Shown in pieces: positions 53,928 to 63,560 of a stretch of 64,000 nucleotides of DNA. Numbering within the stretch: the stretch's first letter is position 1; every line of letters starts with the position of its first letter. The position numbers and the translations under genes are program-made. The stretch is from positions 103,787 to 167,786 of the forward strand of contig CAILKO010000043.1 of assembly GCA_903834835.1 (NCBI GenBank). The letters are read 5' to 3'. Origin of the DNA: an uncultured Pseudomonadota bacterium (GTDB taxonomy: Bacteria > Pseudomonadota > Gammaproteobacteria > Burkholderiales > SG8-39). The notes below the pieces were generated by a model. The model was not told the DNA's origin. It did not search any database and saw only the letters and a list, made by a program, of their open reading frames with translations.

Positions 53928-53956
53928 TTGCATTTTCATTTTGCAGTGGTTAAAGT
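53928..53956 (+). promoter_or_regulatory. Candidate sigma-70 promoter of nrdAB (TTGCAT-17 nt-TAAAGT)
   Basis: Hexamers were read directly from the sequence. The predicted start overlaps the first NrdR-like box. Confidence 0.4.
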
Positions 53957-53960
53957 GCGT

Positions 53961-54028
53961 ACACAATTTTTGGTATTGATTTCCCATTTAGCTACAAGAT
54001 GTTGTGGTTCTTGAAACATCTTGGTGAT
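53961..54028 (+). promoter_or_regulatory. NrdR-like boxes upstream of nrdA (two, possibly three)
   Basis: Box 1 is ACACAATTTTTGGTAT (53961-53976). Box 2 is CTACAAGATGTTGTGG (53992-54007). Their centres are 31 bp apart. Each matches about 11-12 of 16 positions of the published acaCwAtATaTwGtgt consensus. A degenerate third box, GAAACATCTTGGTGAT, lies at 54013-54028. Confidence 0.5.
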
Positions 54029-54057
54029 GTGCATACGGGCAAACAGGCGGGGGACAG

Positions 54058-56904
54058 ATGCAGATCGCGCAGGAACGCAGAAATACAACCCAAGGCGCCC
54101 CTTCCGAAATGCCGGAAGAATCGAGCGCAGTTCAGGGGAGCTATACCGAGTTCAGGGTCATCCGCCGCAACGGGGCGGTTGTCTCGTTTGAGCCGGGCAA
54201 GATATCCATTGCAATGACGAAAGCCTTCCTGGCCGTGAGCGGCAGCCAGGCGGCGGCCTCGGCGCGTATCCGAGAGGTCGTGCAACAGTTGACGGATACA
54301 GTGTTCGGCGCGCTGGTTCGGCGCCAGCCGCAGGGCGGAACGTTCCATATTGAGGACATTCAGGACCAGGTGGAGCTTGCGTTGATGCGCTCCGGTGAAC
54401 ACGATGTCGCTCGCGCCTATGTGCTGTACCGGGAGGAAAGGTCGAAGGCGCGTGCGAGCGAGAAGGCAGTTCGGGAGCAGCAGGCTGAGCAGCATCAGAT
54501 TCACGTAATCCAGGACGGACAGAGACAACTTCTGGACCTAGCCTGGCTGACGGGGGAGATTGTGGCGTCGTGCGAGGGGCTTATGCCTTCAGTGTCGCCG
54601 GAGCTGATACTCAATGCGACGCTGCGTGACCTGTACGACGGTGTTCCGCTTGAAGAGGTCCGAAAATCCTCGGTAATGGCGGCCAGGGCCATGATCGAAA
54701 AGGATCCCGCCTACACGTACGTCACAGCCCGCCTCCTGCTGAACATTGTTCGTGCTGAGGTTCTTGGCACGGAGATAAGCCAGTCGCGCATGGCGGATAG
54801 GTATGCGACCTACTTTCCCGAGTTCATCGCGAGAGGGGTGGCAGCCGAACTGCTTGATCCTCGGCTCGCCACTTTTGATCTGGATCGTCTTGGCCGCGCT
54901 CTAAAGTTCGAGCGCGACCTGCAGTTTGACTATCTCGGCTTGCAAACGCTCTACGACCGCTACTTCCTGCACACAGAGGGGACGCGGATCGAGTTGCCGC
55001 AGGCATTTTTCATGCGCGTTGCGATGGGCATCGCGCTGAATGAACAGGACAGGGAGGCGCGTGCAATAGAGTTCTACAACGTGCTTTCCTCGTTCGATTT
55101 CATGAGTTCCACGCCGACGCTCTTCAATTCGGGAACCTTGCGCTCGCAGCTTTCGTCGTGCTACCTGACTACCGTGTCGGATGATCTCGACGGAATATAC
55201 GAGGCGATCAAGGAGAATGCTCTGCTGGCGAAGTACGCCGGTGGGCTGGGCAACGACTGGACACCCGTTCGAGCTCTGGGTTCGCATATCAAGGGCACAA
55301 ACGGAAAGTCCCAGGGGGTCGTGCCGTTTCTAAAGGTTGTCAACGACACGGCTGTCGCTGTGAATCAGGGTGGCAAGCGCAAGGGCGCGGTGTGTTCGTA
55401 TCTTGAAACCTGGCACCTCGACTTGGAGGAGTTTCTCGAACTTCGCAAGAATACCGGTGACGACCGGCGCCGGACTCACGACATGAACACGGCAAACTGG
55501 ATTCCCGATCTGTTCATGAAGCGAGTGATGGAAAACGCGGAATGGACCCTGTTCAGCCCGTCGGATGCTCCAGAACTGCACGACAGTTTCGGCAAGGCGT
55601 TCGAAGAGGCCTATCTCCGCTATGAGCAGAAGGTGGATAAGGGCGAACTCAAACTGTACAAGAAGGTTCCCGCGGTTCAGTTGTGGCGCAAGATGCTCTC
55701 CATGCTGTTTGAGACAGGTCATCCTTGGATCACGTTCAAGGATCCCTGCAATATTCGCAGCCCGCAGCAGCACGTCGGGGTGGTACACAGTTCGAACCTT
55801 TGCACCGAGATCACGCTCAATACGTCAGCCGACGAAATTGCAGTCTGCAATCTGGGTTCGGTGAACCTGCCGGCACATCTCGGAAAGAACGGCCTGGACT
55901 TCGAGAAGCTCAAGGTGACGATCCGGACTGCAATGCGCATGCTGGACAACGTTATCGATATCAACTACTACGCCGTCGACAAGGCGCGGAACTCGAATTT
56001 GCGCCATCGGCCGGTCGGCATGGGCATCATGGGTTTTCAGGACTGCCTGCACCAAATGCGGGTGCCCTATGCCTCGAATGCCGCTGTAGAGTTTGCGGAT
56101 CGATCGATGGAGATGGTGGCGTTCGCGGCGTACTGGGCATCGACCGAGCTCGCGGAGGAGCGTGGCAGCTATGCGTCCTTTGAGGGATCTCTCTGGGACA
56201 AGGGCATCCTCCCTCAGGACACGCTCGATTTGCTCGCTGCAGAGCGGGGCGGGTACGTCGAAGTAGATCGCACTTCAAGCAGAGATCTTGATTGGGATGC
56301 TCTGCGCGCCCGAATCAAGGCCCATGGCATGCGCAATTCGAACTGCCTCGCAATCGCGCCGACCGCGACAATCTCGAATATTGTCGGCGTGTCCGCCTGC
56401 ATCGAGCCGACCTACCAGAACCTGTACGTGAAATCGAATCTGTCGGGTGAGTTTACCGTCGTGAACGAGCATCTCGTCGAGGACCTCAAGCGGGAAGGCT
56501 TGTGGGACGAGGTAATGATTTCGGATCTGAAGTACTTTGACGGGAACCTTGCGAGAATCGACCGCATTCCGGCGTCCGTGCGCCAGCTCTATGCGACGGC
56601 GTTCGAGATAGAGCCTAGTTGGCTGGTAGAAGCTGCGGCGCGCAGGCAGAAATGGATTGATCAGGCCCAGTCACTGAACATCTATATGGCAGGTGTCTCC
56701 GGCAAGAAGCTCGACGATACATACAAACTCGCGTGGCTGCGCGGTCTCAAGACAACCTACTACCTGCGCTCGATGGGTGCAACCCACGCGGAGAAATCCA
56801 CATCGAGGGCCGGGCAGCTGAACGCGGTGTCAGCGACCGTCGAAGCGAACGACGAACCGAAGTTCTGCGCAATCGATGATCCGGACTGCGAGGCATGTCA
56901 GTGA
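54058..56904 (+). CDS. nrdA: Class Ia ribonucleotide reductase alpha subunit
   Basis: It has an ATP-cone ([16 protein letters not shown]), SSCYLT, NLCTEI, and a C-terminal CxxxxC...C tail. 948 aa. Confidence 0.95.
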   Translation: MQIAQERRNTTQGAPSEMPEESSAVQGSYTEFRVIRRNGAVVSFEPGKISIAMTKAFLAVSGSQAAASARIREVVQQLTDTVFGALVRRQPQGGTFHIEDIQDQVELALMRSGEHDVARAYVLYREERSKARASEKAVREQQAEQHQIHVIQDGQRQLLDLAWLTGEIVASCEGLMPSVSPELILNATLRDLYDGVPLEEVRKSSVMAARAMIEKDPAYTYVTARLLLNIVRAEVLGTEISQSRMADRYATYFPEFIARGVAAELLDPRLATFDLDRLGRALKFERDLQFDYLGLQTLYDRYFLHTEGTRIELPQAFFMRVAMGIALNEQDREARAIEFYNVLSSFDFMSSTPTLFNSGTLRSQLSSCYLTTVSDDLDGIYEAIKENALLAKYAGGLGNDWTPVRALGSHIKGTNGKSQGVVPFLKVVNDTAVAVNQGGKRKGAVCSYLETWHLDLEEFLELRKNTGDDRRRTHDMNTANWIPDLFMKRVMENAEWTLFSPSDAPELHDSFGKAFEEAYLRYEQKVDKGELKLYKKVPAVQLWRKMLSMLFETGHPWITFKDPCNIRSPQQHVGVVHSSNLCTEITLNTSADEIAVCNLGSVNLPAHLGKNGLDFEKLKVTIRTAMRMLDNVIDINYYAVDKARNSNLRHRPVGMGIMGFQDCLHQMRVPYASNAAVEFADRSMEMVAFAAYWASTELAEERGSYASFEGSLWDKGILPQDTLDLLAAERGGYVEVDRTSSRDLDWDALRARIKAHGMRNSNCLAIAPTATISNIVGVSACIEPTYQNLYVKSNLSGEFTVVNEHLVEDLKREGLWDEVMISDLKYFDGNLARIDRIPASVRQLYATAFEIEPSWLVEAAARRQKWIDQAQSLNIYMAGVSGKKLDDTYKLAWLRGLKTTYYLRSMGATHAEKSTSRAGQLNAVSATVEANDEPKFCAIDDPDCEACQ

Positions 56905-57001
56905 TCTGGCGCGTACTCAGGTTTCCGCGACTGAAAGAGTCGATCGCGATGGCCGGAATGTGTCGGCAACTCCGAAGCGCCAAAAAAGAACAACGGAGGG
57001 C

Positions 57002-58138
57002 ATGATGCTCAGCTTCGAAGAAGAGGGAAAATTCACACCGGCGGCTGGTGCCGCGGCGGCCGTGCTCGCTAGGGCACCGTCCGCGCCGCATGACAACGAT
57101 CGTACCGAAGCTGATGGATACCAGCGGGTCCGGATAGACGATAAGCGGATCATCAATTCCAAGGCTGACGTGAATCAGCTGGTTCCGTTCAAGTACAAAT
57201 GGGCCTGGGAAAAATATATTGCTGCCTGCGCCAATCACTGGATGCCGCAGGAAATCAACATGAGCCGGGACATCGCGCTCTGGAAGGATAGGAACGGACT
57301 TACTGAAGACGAACGGCGCGTCGTACGCAGAAATCTTGGATTCTTTGTGACGGCCGATTCACTTGCTGCCAATAATATTGTTCTCGGTACCTATCGGCAT
57401 ATCACAGCGCCGGAATGCCGTCAGTACCTTTTGCGACAGGCGTTCGAGGAAGCAATACATACACACGCCTATCAGTACATCGTGGAGAGCTTGGACCTCG
57501 ATGAAGGAGAAGTGTTCAACGCGTACCATGAGATACCGTCAATCCGTGAGAAGGACGAATTTCTCATCCCGTTCATACATACACTGACGGATCCGCACTT
57601 TGCGACGGGCACGCTGGAAAACGATCAGAAGCTGTTGCGCAGCCTAATCGTGTTCTCTTGCCTGATGGAGGGGCTTTTCTTCTACGTCGGATTCGCCCAG
57701 ATACTCGCTCTTGGCCGACAGAACAAGATGACGGGTGCGGCTGAACAGTACATGTACATCCTTCGCGATGAGTCCATGCACTGCAATTTCGGCATTGACC
57801 TTGTAAACCAGATCAAGCAAGAGAATCCGTCGCTATGGACCACGCAATTCAGGGAAGAAATCCAACATCTGTTCCGGAGGGCGGTCGAACTGGAATACCG
57901 TTATGCGGAAGACACCATGCCGCGGGGCGTGCTCGGCCTGAATGCGCCGATGTTCAAAGAGTATCTGCGTTACATCGCTAATCGGCGTTGCCAGCAGATC
58001 GGGTTGGATACGCTTTATCCCGGTGCAAACAATCCATTTCCTTGGATGAGCGAGATGATTGACCTCAAGAAGGAACGAAACTTCTTCGAAACCCGGGTGA
58101 TTGAGTATCAGACCGGCGGAGCTCTCAACTGGGAGTGA
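57002..58138 (+). CDS. nrdB: Class Ia ribonucleotide reductase beta subunit
   Basis: ...[10 protein letters not shown]...[13 protein letters not shown]...[11 protein letters not shown]...[10 protein letters not shown].... The ATG at 57002 follows GGAGGG. Confidence 0.95.
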   Translation: MMLSFEEEGKFTPAAGAAAAVLARAPSAPHDNDRTEADGYQRVRIDDKRIINSKADVNQLVPFKYKWAWEKYIAACANHWMPQEINMSRDIALWKDRNGLTEDERRVVRRNLGFFVTADSLAANNIVLGTYRHITAPECRQYLLRQAFEEAIHTHAYQYIVESLDLDEGEVFNAYHEIPSIREKDEFLIPFIHTLTDPHFATGTLENDQKLLRSLIVFSCLMEGLFFYVGFAQILALGRQNKMTGAAEQYMYILRDESMHCNFGIDLVNQIKQENPSLWTTQFREEIQHLFRRAVELEYRYAEDTMPRGVLGLNAPMFKEYLRYIANRRCQQIGLDTLYPGANNPFPWMSEMIDLKKERNFFETRVIEYQTGGALNWE

Positions 58139-58194
58139 GGTCGCAAGGGGCTGGAACGTGGGTGGCCTGAGCACACTGTACGGGTAGACGGAAA

Positions 58195-58479
58195 ATGTCG
58201 AGAGTTGTCGAATGCAGGGCAGAGCAGGGTTATCGACTCTGGGTCAGATTCGAAGACGGAGTCGAAGGCAATGTGTATCTCGGCAATTTGCTGGAGATCA
58301 GTGCGTTCCGTCTCTGGCGGGAGGCCGACGAGTTTTTCAGGGTAAGTGTCGATACGGACATCGCCACGGTTACGTGGGAAGGGGGCATCCGGTTGGATCC
58401 GGATGTGCTTTATCAGGACATCGTGTCCAGGAGAGGCGAAGAGGTTGCTGGCGTCGCAGGTGCGAATGCGACGGTGTGA
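58195..58479 (+). CDS. DUF2442 domain protein
   Basis: ...YRLWVRFEDGVEGNVYL...TVTWEGGIRLDPDVLYQ fits the DUF2442 pattern. No DUF4160 partner lies next to it. Confidence 0.6.
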   Translation: MSRVVECRAEQGYRLWVRFEDGVEGNVYLGNLLEISAFRLWREADEFFRVSVDTDIATVTWEGGIRLDPDVLYQDIVSRRGEEVAGVAGANATV

Positions 58480-58576
58480 AGGATTCGGCGTGGCTGGGAG
58501 AAATCCCGGTCAGGCCGGATAGTTCGGGCCATTTGGCACGGACTTTTCTTGTGTAACTTCCTTTTAGGAGAGAACC

Positions 58577-58951
58577 ATGGCAACGAAGAAAAAAGCGAAG
58601 AAGGCCGCAAAGAAGCCCGCTAAGAAGGCTGCAAAGAAAAAGGCTGCGAAAAAGCCCGCGAAAAAGAAGAAGAAAGCGGCTAAAAAGCCCGCCAAAAAGA
58701 AAAAAGCAGCCGGAAAGAAAAAGGCTGCGAAGAAGAAAGCTGCAGGTAAGAAGACGGCCGCGAAAGAGAAAAAGAAAAGCGCTAAGAAGAACAACAGTGC
58801 GGCCAAAAAACCTGCCAAAGCCAAGGCTAAGCCTGCGGTAAAGTCGAAGGTGGCTGCAGTTGCAGCCCCTTCGACCGCTGCGACCCCCAGCGCGCGAACC
58901 GCGCTGAATCCAGCTGCCGCTTGGCCCTTCCCAACCGGGTCTCGGCCGTAA
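58577..58951 (+). CDS. Histone H1-like lysine/alanine-rich nucleoid protein
   Basis: MATKKKAKKAAKKPAKKAAKKKAAKKPAKKKKK... consists of repeated AKKA/PAKK units and ends in ...NPAAAWPFPTGSRP. Confidence 0.7.
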   Translation: MATKKKAKKAAKKPAKKAAKKKAAKKPAKKKKKAAKKPAKKKKAAGKKKAAKKKAAGKKTAAKEKKKSAKKNNSAAKKPAKAKAKPAVKSKVAAVAAPSTAATPSARTALNPAAAWPFPTGSRP

Positions 58952-59078
58952 CCGGAGCCTGACTGGGAATGGAGACGAAGAACTCAACTCTTCGCCGGCC
59001 TATTGAAACTATGCGGACCGCCTCTGCCATTCAGTTGGATGAGGGGTTGAGGCTGGTCCGCGGTGTTTCACTTGAGAA

Positions 59079-59098
59079 CCCGGTCGGGGTCGACCGGG
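59079..59098 (+). terminator. Possible terminator hairpin after the H1-like gene
   Basis: CCCGGTCG-GGGT-CGACCGGG is a perfect 8-bp stem. The downstream tract CTCAACCTTGATTTCATTC is only moderately T-rich. Confidence 0.35.
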
Positions 59099-59196
59099 CT
59101 CAACCTTGATTTCATTCTACCGACCTTCGCTAGTCGGGTTGGACTGAGTTTCAAAAAAGCGCGTGCTATGTTGCGTTGCGGCATAAATTTCAAATA

Positions 59197-59225
59197 TTGA
59201 CAAAATACATAATATTCAATAGCAT
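59197..59225 (+). promoter_or_regulatory. Candidate sigma-70 promoter (TTGACA-17 nt-TAGCAT) in an AT-rich gap
   Basis: It has a perfect -35 hexamer, a 17-nt spacer, and a -10 with T1, A2 and T6 conserved. It would give a ~195-nt leader for the slt gene at 59427. Confidence 0.4.
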
Positions 59226-59426
59226 AACTACATTCAAGCCACGTGCTCAGAGTGGTTATTCTTGATGTCTCGTGTAATCCTAGCCGCTGCCTAGGTCACG
59301 TGTGAACCGGGGTGTTGATGCCCCGACAGTCCCAGGTTTGAATCGAAACGTGCGCCGCGCGAGTGTGTGAACCTGGCTGAGTCCGGATAGCAGAGGAGCT
59401 TCCGGCACGCTCTGAAAGGAGATGAA

Positions 59427-60086
59427 ATGCCAAACATGGAAAGGCTACGTGCGACTTGGGGCGGACGCTTGCGCGTCTTCTATCTGGGCCTCGCATGCAT
59501 TGCTGCGTTCCTCGCGAGTGTCCAGGCAATTGATGCGGGGCGCATGTTTGAACGCAGGTCGATACCGCGTGTTGTTGAGGTCGGTCCGGAGGAGACGAGT
59601 TCGCACATGCCCGCCGAGCAGCGTGCCGTGGTGGAGTTCATTTCCAAGCGCTACCGCGTGGCGGAAGCACCGCTATCCGAATTTGTTGCCGTGGCGTTTA
59701 GATCAGGGCGAGAGATGGCGCTGGACCCTCTGCTGATTCTGGCGGTGATCGCCGTGGAGTCACGCTTCAATCCCGTGGCGCAGAGCGAGTTCGGTGCGCA
59801 GGGGCTGATGCAGGTGATTCCGAGATTTCACGCCGATAAGCTTCAGGCCGTGCGCTCCCAGGCCGGACTCCTCGACCCCGAGGTGAATATCCAGGTGGGC
59901 GCGTCCATACTGCGCGAGTACATGAAGCGGTTCGGCGAGGTGGAAGATGCCCTTCAGATGTACGGCGGCGCCTTCGACGAGCCGACATCGATCTACGCAG
60001 GCAGAGTGCTCGCAGAGCGCAATCGCTTGGACCAGGTGCTGCAACGGGCGCGCAAACTGGCGAAGCAGCCCTCGCAGATGTCCTAA
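59427..60086 (+). CDS. Lytic transglycosylase (SLT domain), membrane-anchored
   Basis: ...LLILAVIAVESRFNPVAQSEFGAQGLMQVIP.... AGGAG lies 5 nt before the ATG. Confidence 0.85.
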   Translation: MPNMERLRATWGGRLRVFYLGLACIAAFLASVQAIDAGRMFERRSIPRVVEVGPEETSSHMPAEQRAVVEFISKRYRVAEAPLSEFVAVAFRSGREMALDPLLILAVIAVESRFNPVAQSEFGAQGLMQVIPRFHADKLQAVRSQAGLLDPEVNIQVGASILREYMKRFGEVEDALQMYGGAFDEPTSIYAGRVLAERNRLDQVLQRARKLAKQPSQMS

Positions 60087-61276
60087 CGCAGCTTTTCGAC
60101 GAATTTCTTCGTTCGCTCTACGCCTTCCTCCAGTTCGGACAGTGGGCGCGTGTAGGAAAATCTGACCCAATGCTTGGTGCCCTGGTCTCCGAAGTCGAGA
60201 CCGGGTGTCGCTGCGACCGCTTCCTCGTCCAGCAGACGCATGCAGAACGTACTGCTGTCCAGTCCGAAGGCTGAGCAGTCTGCATAGACATAGAAGGCGC
60301 CATTGGGTTCGGCGGGAATCCCGAAACCGAGCCCACGCAGGCTGGCGACCAGAAAGTCGCGCCGCAGGCCGAATTCAATCCGACGCTTTTCGAATATCGC
60401 GAGGGACTCGGGATCGAAGGCGGCAAGGGCCGCATATTGCGACGGAGTGGGCGGGCAAATAAAGAGATGCTGCGCCAGGCGTTCGAAGAGCGGCATCCTT
60501 TCTTCTGGTAGGACGGCCCAGCCCAGCCGCCAGCCAGTCATACAGAAGTACTTCGAGAAGCTGTTGACCAGGATGGTCTCGCCGGGCAGTCCGAATGCGG
60601 TCGTTGGCGGACTGTCATACACTAGATTCTGGTAGATCTCGTCCACGATCAAAACGCCCCCGCGACGTTCGATCAGCCCGGCGATGTCTCGCAGACTATC
60701 CTCGGGAATCAACGTGCCGCCCGGGTTCGATGGGCTTCCCAACACCAGTCCCGCGGTCTGTCGGCCCCAAGCGGCATCCACATCCCCGGCGGTCGGCTGG
60801 AAGGCGTGTTCCGCAGCGACGGGAAGTGCGCGCGGTTGCGCTTCGAGCAGGCGTACGAGGTGGCGGTAACCCGGGTATCCTGGATCAGGCACGAGGATGT
60901 CGCGGCCGGGTTCGGCGTAGAGCGCGATAGCAAGCAGCAGCGCTCCCGATGCACCGGAAGTCACCGCGATGCGGCTGGCGGGAACATTCTTCCCGAGGTG
61001 ATCCTGGTAGTGCCGGGCGATCGCCTCGCGCAATGCCGGCAGCCCAAGGGAACTCGTGTAGGTTGTATCGCCCGCCCGCAGCGCGCGGACGCCCGCCTCG
61101 ACGACGAGCGGGGCTGCGCTGAAATCGGGTTCGCCGATCTCCATATGAACAACTCGCCGCCCGGACTGCTCGATTGCATGGGCGCGAGCCAGCACCTGCA
61201 TGACATGAAACGGATGAATTTCGCTCATCCGGCGCGCAGCCGGAATGGAAGGGTATCGAGCGGCGTGGTCTTTCAT
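60083..61276 (-). CDS. Pyridoxal-phosphate-dependent aminotransferase, class I/II
   Basis: ...IHPFHVMQVLARAHAIEQSGRRVVHMEIGEPDF...LVNSFSKYFCMTGWRLGW (PLP-Lys motif)... Confidence 0.85.
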   Translation of the reverse strand: MKDHAARYPSIPAARRMSEIHPFHVMQVLARAHAIEQSGRRVVHMEIGEPDFSAAPLVVEAGVRALRAGDTTYTSSLGLPALREAIARHYQDHLGKNVPASRIAVTSGASGALLLAIALYAEPGRDILVPDPGYPGYRHLVRLLEAQPRALPVAAEHAFQPTAGDVDAAWGRQTAGLVLGSPSNPGGTLIPEDSLRDIAGLIERRGGVLIVDEIYQNLVYDSPPTTAFGLPGETILVNSFSKYFCMTGWRLGWAVLPEERMPLFERLAQHLFICPPTPSQYAALAAFDPESLAIFEKRRIEFGLRRDFLVASLRGLGFGIPAEPNGAFYVYADCSAFGLDSSTFCMRLLDEEAVAATPGLDFGDQGTKHWVRFSYTRPLSELEEGVERTKKFVEKLR

Positions 61277-61555
61277 GGGGGCGGAGGGGGGAAAGCTAGC
61301 ATCGGACCCTGACGGGAAGACAGGCCTGTCTCGGGAGATGAGGAGTTGGACTGAATTGAGTGGACTTGCCGGGCAGGGAGCTCGGATATACTTTTCCGAG
61401 TACTGCTGCGCATGGCCTGCACCGGCAATGGCGACCGTATTCGTTGACGCTTGCCCGATAGTAACCGATGGCGGCGTCCCGCGCTGGGTCGTGTTTCATC
61501 GCTACAGTGGTGACCGACTCGTTGCCCCGCGATCTCACGTACCTCTTGGAATGCC

Positions 61556-61963
61556 ATGCCCGAACACGAAGATCCTTTCGAATCCATCAGGAAAATCTGG
61601 AGCGCCATGGGTGTCCCGACTCCGGGAATGCCCATGCCGACTCTCGATCCAGCGGAAATAGAGAAGCGCCTTGGCGAACTGCGATCAGTCGAGACCTGGC
61701 TTACGCTGAACCTGAACATGCTGCGCATGACGATCCAGGGAATGGAACTGCAGCTCTCGGGCGTCAAGGCGATGAATGCCATGCCTGGCGGAATGGGCGC
61801 CGCGATGAAGTCCGCGCCTGGCCCCGCAGCGCAGGCCGCGGACGCCGGAGCCGGGATGATGAACTGGCCGTGGACTGCGATGCAGCAGTTCATGACTCCT
61901 TCCAGCTTTACGGGTACGCCACCCGGTGGCGCAACGCCGGACGACAAGAACGAGAGCAAGTGA
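61556..61963 (+). CDS. PhaM-like protein (N-terminal-domain type, lacks a lysine-rich tail); hypothetical
   Basis: ...PTLDPAEIEKRLGELRSVETWLTLNLNMLRMTIQGMELQ... resembles, from memory, the conserved N-domain of beta-proteobacterial PhaM-family PHA-granule proteins. This was not verified. Confidence 0.4.
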   Translation: MPEHEDPFESIRKIWSAMGVPTPGMPMPTLDPAEIEKRLGELRSVETWLTLNLNMLRMTIQGMELQLSGVKAMNAMPGGMGAAMKSAPGPAAQAADAGAGMMNWPWTAMQQFMTPSSFTGTPPGGATPDDKNESK

Positions 61964-61988
61964 GCAGGACTATGGGAGATGACAGGCG

Positions 61989-62960
61989 ATGATGAAGGCA
62001 ATACGGATGCACCAGCACGGTGGTCCCGAGGTCCTCAGTTACGAGGATGTCGAGATCCCCGCGCCGCAAGCTGGAGAAGTTCTGGTCAGGCACGCCGCGA
62101 TAGGCGTCAACTACATCGACACTTACCATCGAGCGGGAGCGTATCCGGTTCCGCTACCGTCCGGGCTGGGTTGTGAAGCGGCAGGGACGGTCGAGGCGGT
62201 TGGTGCCGCTGTAACCGGCCTTGAACCGGGAGACCGGGTCGCCTATGCGGTGCCGATGCCGGGATCCTATGCGCTGATGCGTGCGCTGCCGGCCGATCGC
62301 CTGGTGAAGATCCCGGATGGCATCGCCTTCGACACTGCCGCATCGATGATGCTGAAGGGGCTGACTGCACAATTTCTGTTCCATCGCACCTACGCGGTTC
62401 AAGCAGGTGACACGGTGTTGTTGCACGCTGCGGCAGGAGGGGTCGGGCTAATAGCGTGCCAGTGGCTGAATGCGCTCGGTGTCACGGTCATCGGCACGGT
62501 CGGCTCAGACGAAAAAGCGGCGCTTGCGCGTGCGCACGGCTGCCATCACACGATCGTGTATACGCGCGAGAACTTCGTGGATCGCGTAAAAGAGATTACC
62601 GGCGGCGAGGGCGTTCCCGTCGTGTACGACTCGGTCGGAAAGGATACCTTCGACGGATCCATTCAGTGCCTTCGGCAACGAGGAATGATGGTGCTGTTCG
62701 GGGCATCATCCGGGCCCGTGGCGCAGGTAAGCGTCGCCTCGCTTCAGAAGGGATCGCATTTTTTCACGCGCCCGGGCCTCTTCCACTATATTGCCTCGCG
62801 CGAAGATCTCGAGACGGGCGCACGTGCGCTGTTCGACATGGTTGGAAAGGGAAAGATCCGGATCGATGTCTCGGGACGCTACGCGCTTGCAGAAGCGGCG
62901 CAAAGCCATCGTGACCTCGCGGCTCGCAAGACGACCGGTTCGCTGTTGCTCCTGCCCTGA
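61989..62960 (+). CDS. qor: NADPH:quinone oxidoreductase (zeta-crystallin-like MDR)
   Basis: MMKAIRMHQHGGPEVLSYEDVEIPAPQAGEVLVRHAAIGVNYIDTY...AAGGVGL... Confidence 0.85.
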   Translation: MMKAIRMHQHGGPEVLSYEDVEIPAPQAGEVLVRHAAIGVNYIDTYHRAGAYPVPLPSGLGCEAAGTVEAVGAAVTGLEPGDRVAYAVPMPGSYALMRALPADRLVKIPDGIAFDTAASMMLKGLTAQFLFHRTYAVQAGDTVLLHAAAGGVGLIACQWLNALGVTVIGTVGSDEKAALARAHGCHHTIVYTRENFVDRVKEITGGEGVPVVYDSVGKDTFDGSIQCLRQRGMMVLFGASSGPVAQVSVASLQKGSHFFTRPGLFHYIASREDLETGARALFDMVGKGKIRIDVSGRYALAEAAQSHRDLAARKTTGSLLLLP

Positions 62961-63547
62961 TGCGGCTCACACCGGTCGAGATCCGGCGGCTCCTCGGCAG
63001 GGAACTGGACACCCCGCCCTATGCGGGGCGGGACGACCTGGCCATACCCGCCGATAAGCGGGCCGCGGTGCTGATTCCGATCGTCGACTACTCGGGCGGT
63101 CAGTGTTTGCTCTTCACGAGGCGTACGGCGCACCTCAGGCACCATTCCGGGCAGGTGGCATTCCCGGGGGGCAGGGTGGAGGAGCACGACCGTACGCCCG
63201 AGGAGACAGCTTTGCGCGAATCGTTGGAAGAGGTCGGCCTCGAACCCGCGCGCGTACAGGTAATCGGCAGGCTGGACGATCTGCATGCCAGTGTGAGCGG
63301 TTTTCGCATCACCCCGGTCATCGGCTTCGTCGACGGACCCGTCGAACTCAAGCCCGATCCGAACGAGGTAGCCGAGGTGTTCGAGGTACCTTTTCGGTTC
63401 CTGATGGACTCCGCCAATCACGCCCAGGAAACCCGGCAAACCGATCGTGGCACCCGGATCGTCAATGTCATCCAGTACGGTTCGCACCGCATCTGGGGGG
63501 CCACTGCATCGATCGTGCTGGAGTTACGCCGACGGCTGACAGGCTGA
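62960..63547 (+). CDS. CoA pyrophosphatase (Nudix, NudL-type)
   Basis: LLFTRRTAHLRHHSGQVAFPGGRVEEHDRTPEETALRESLEEVGL combines the NuCoA motif with the Nudix box. Confidence 0.8.
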   Translation: MRLTPVEIRRLLGRELDTPPYAGRDDLAIPADKRAAVLIPIVDYSGGQCLLFTRRTAHLRHHSGQVAFPGGRVEEHDRTPEETALRESLEEVGLEPARVQVIGRLDDLHASVSGFRITPVIGFVDGPVELKPDPNEVAEVFEVPFRFLMDSANHAQETRQTDRGTRIVNVIQYGSHRIWGATASIVLELRRRLTG

Positions 63548-63560
63548 TCCGGGTTCCGCG

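Noticed and set aside
54058-58138. Lower GC content of the nrdAB region (and of about 50-58 kb generally) as a sign of horizontal transfer.
   Set aside because: I judged this by eye only. The genes are core, highly conserved and probably highly expressed, so codon-usage effects are likely, and no mobility genes flank them.
58564-58824. A minus-strand ORF encoding an F/A-rich 'protein' (FFAAFF...).
   Set aside because: It is the mirror image of the AAG/GCN-rich lysine/alanine repeat of the H1-like gene, so it is an artefact of codon complementarity.
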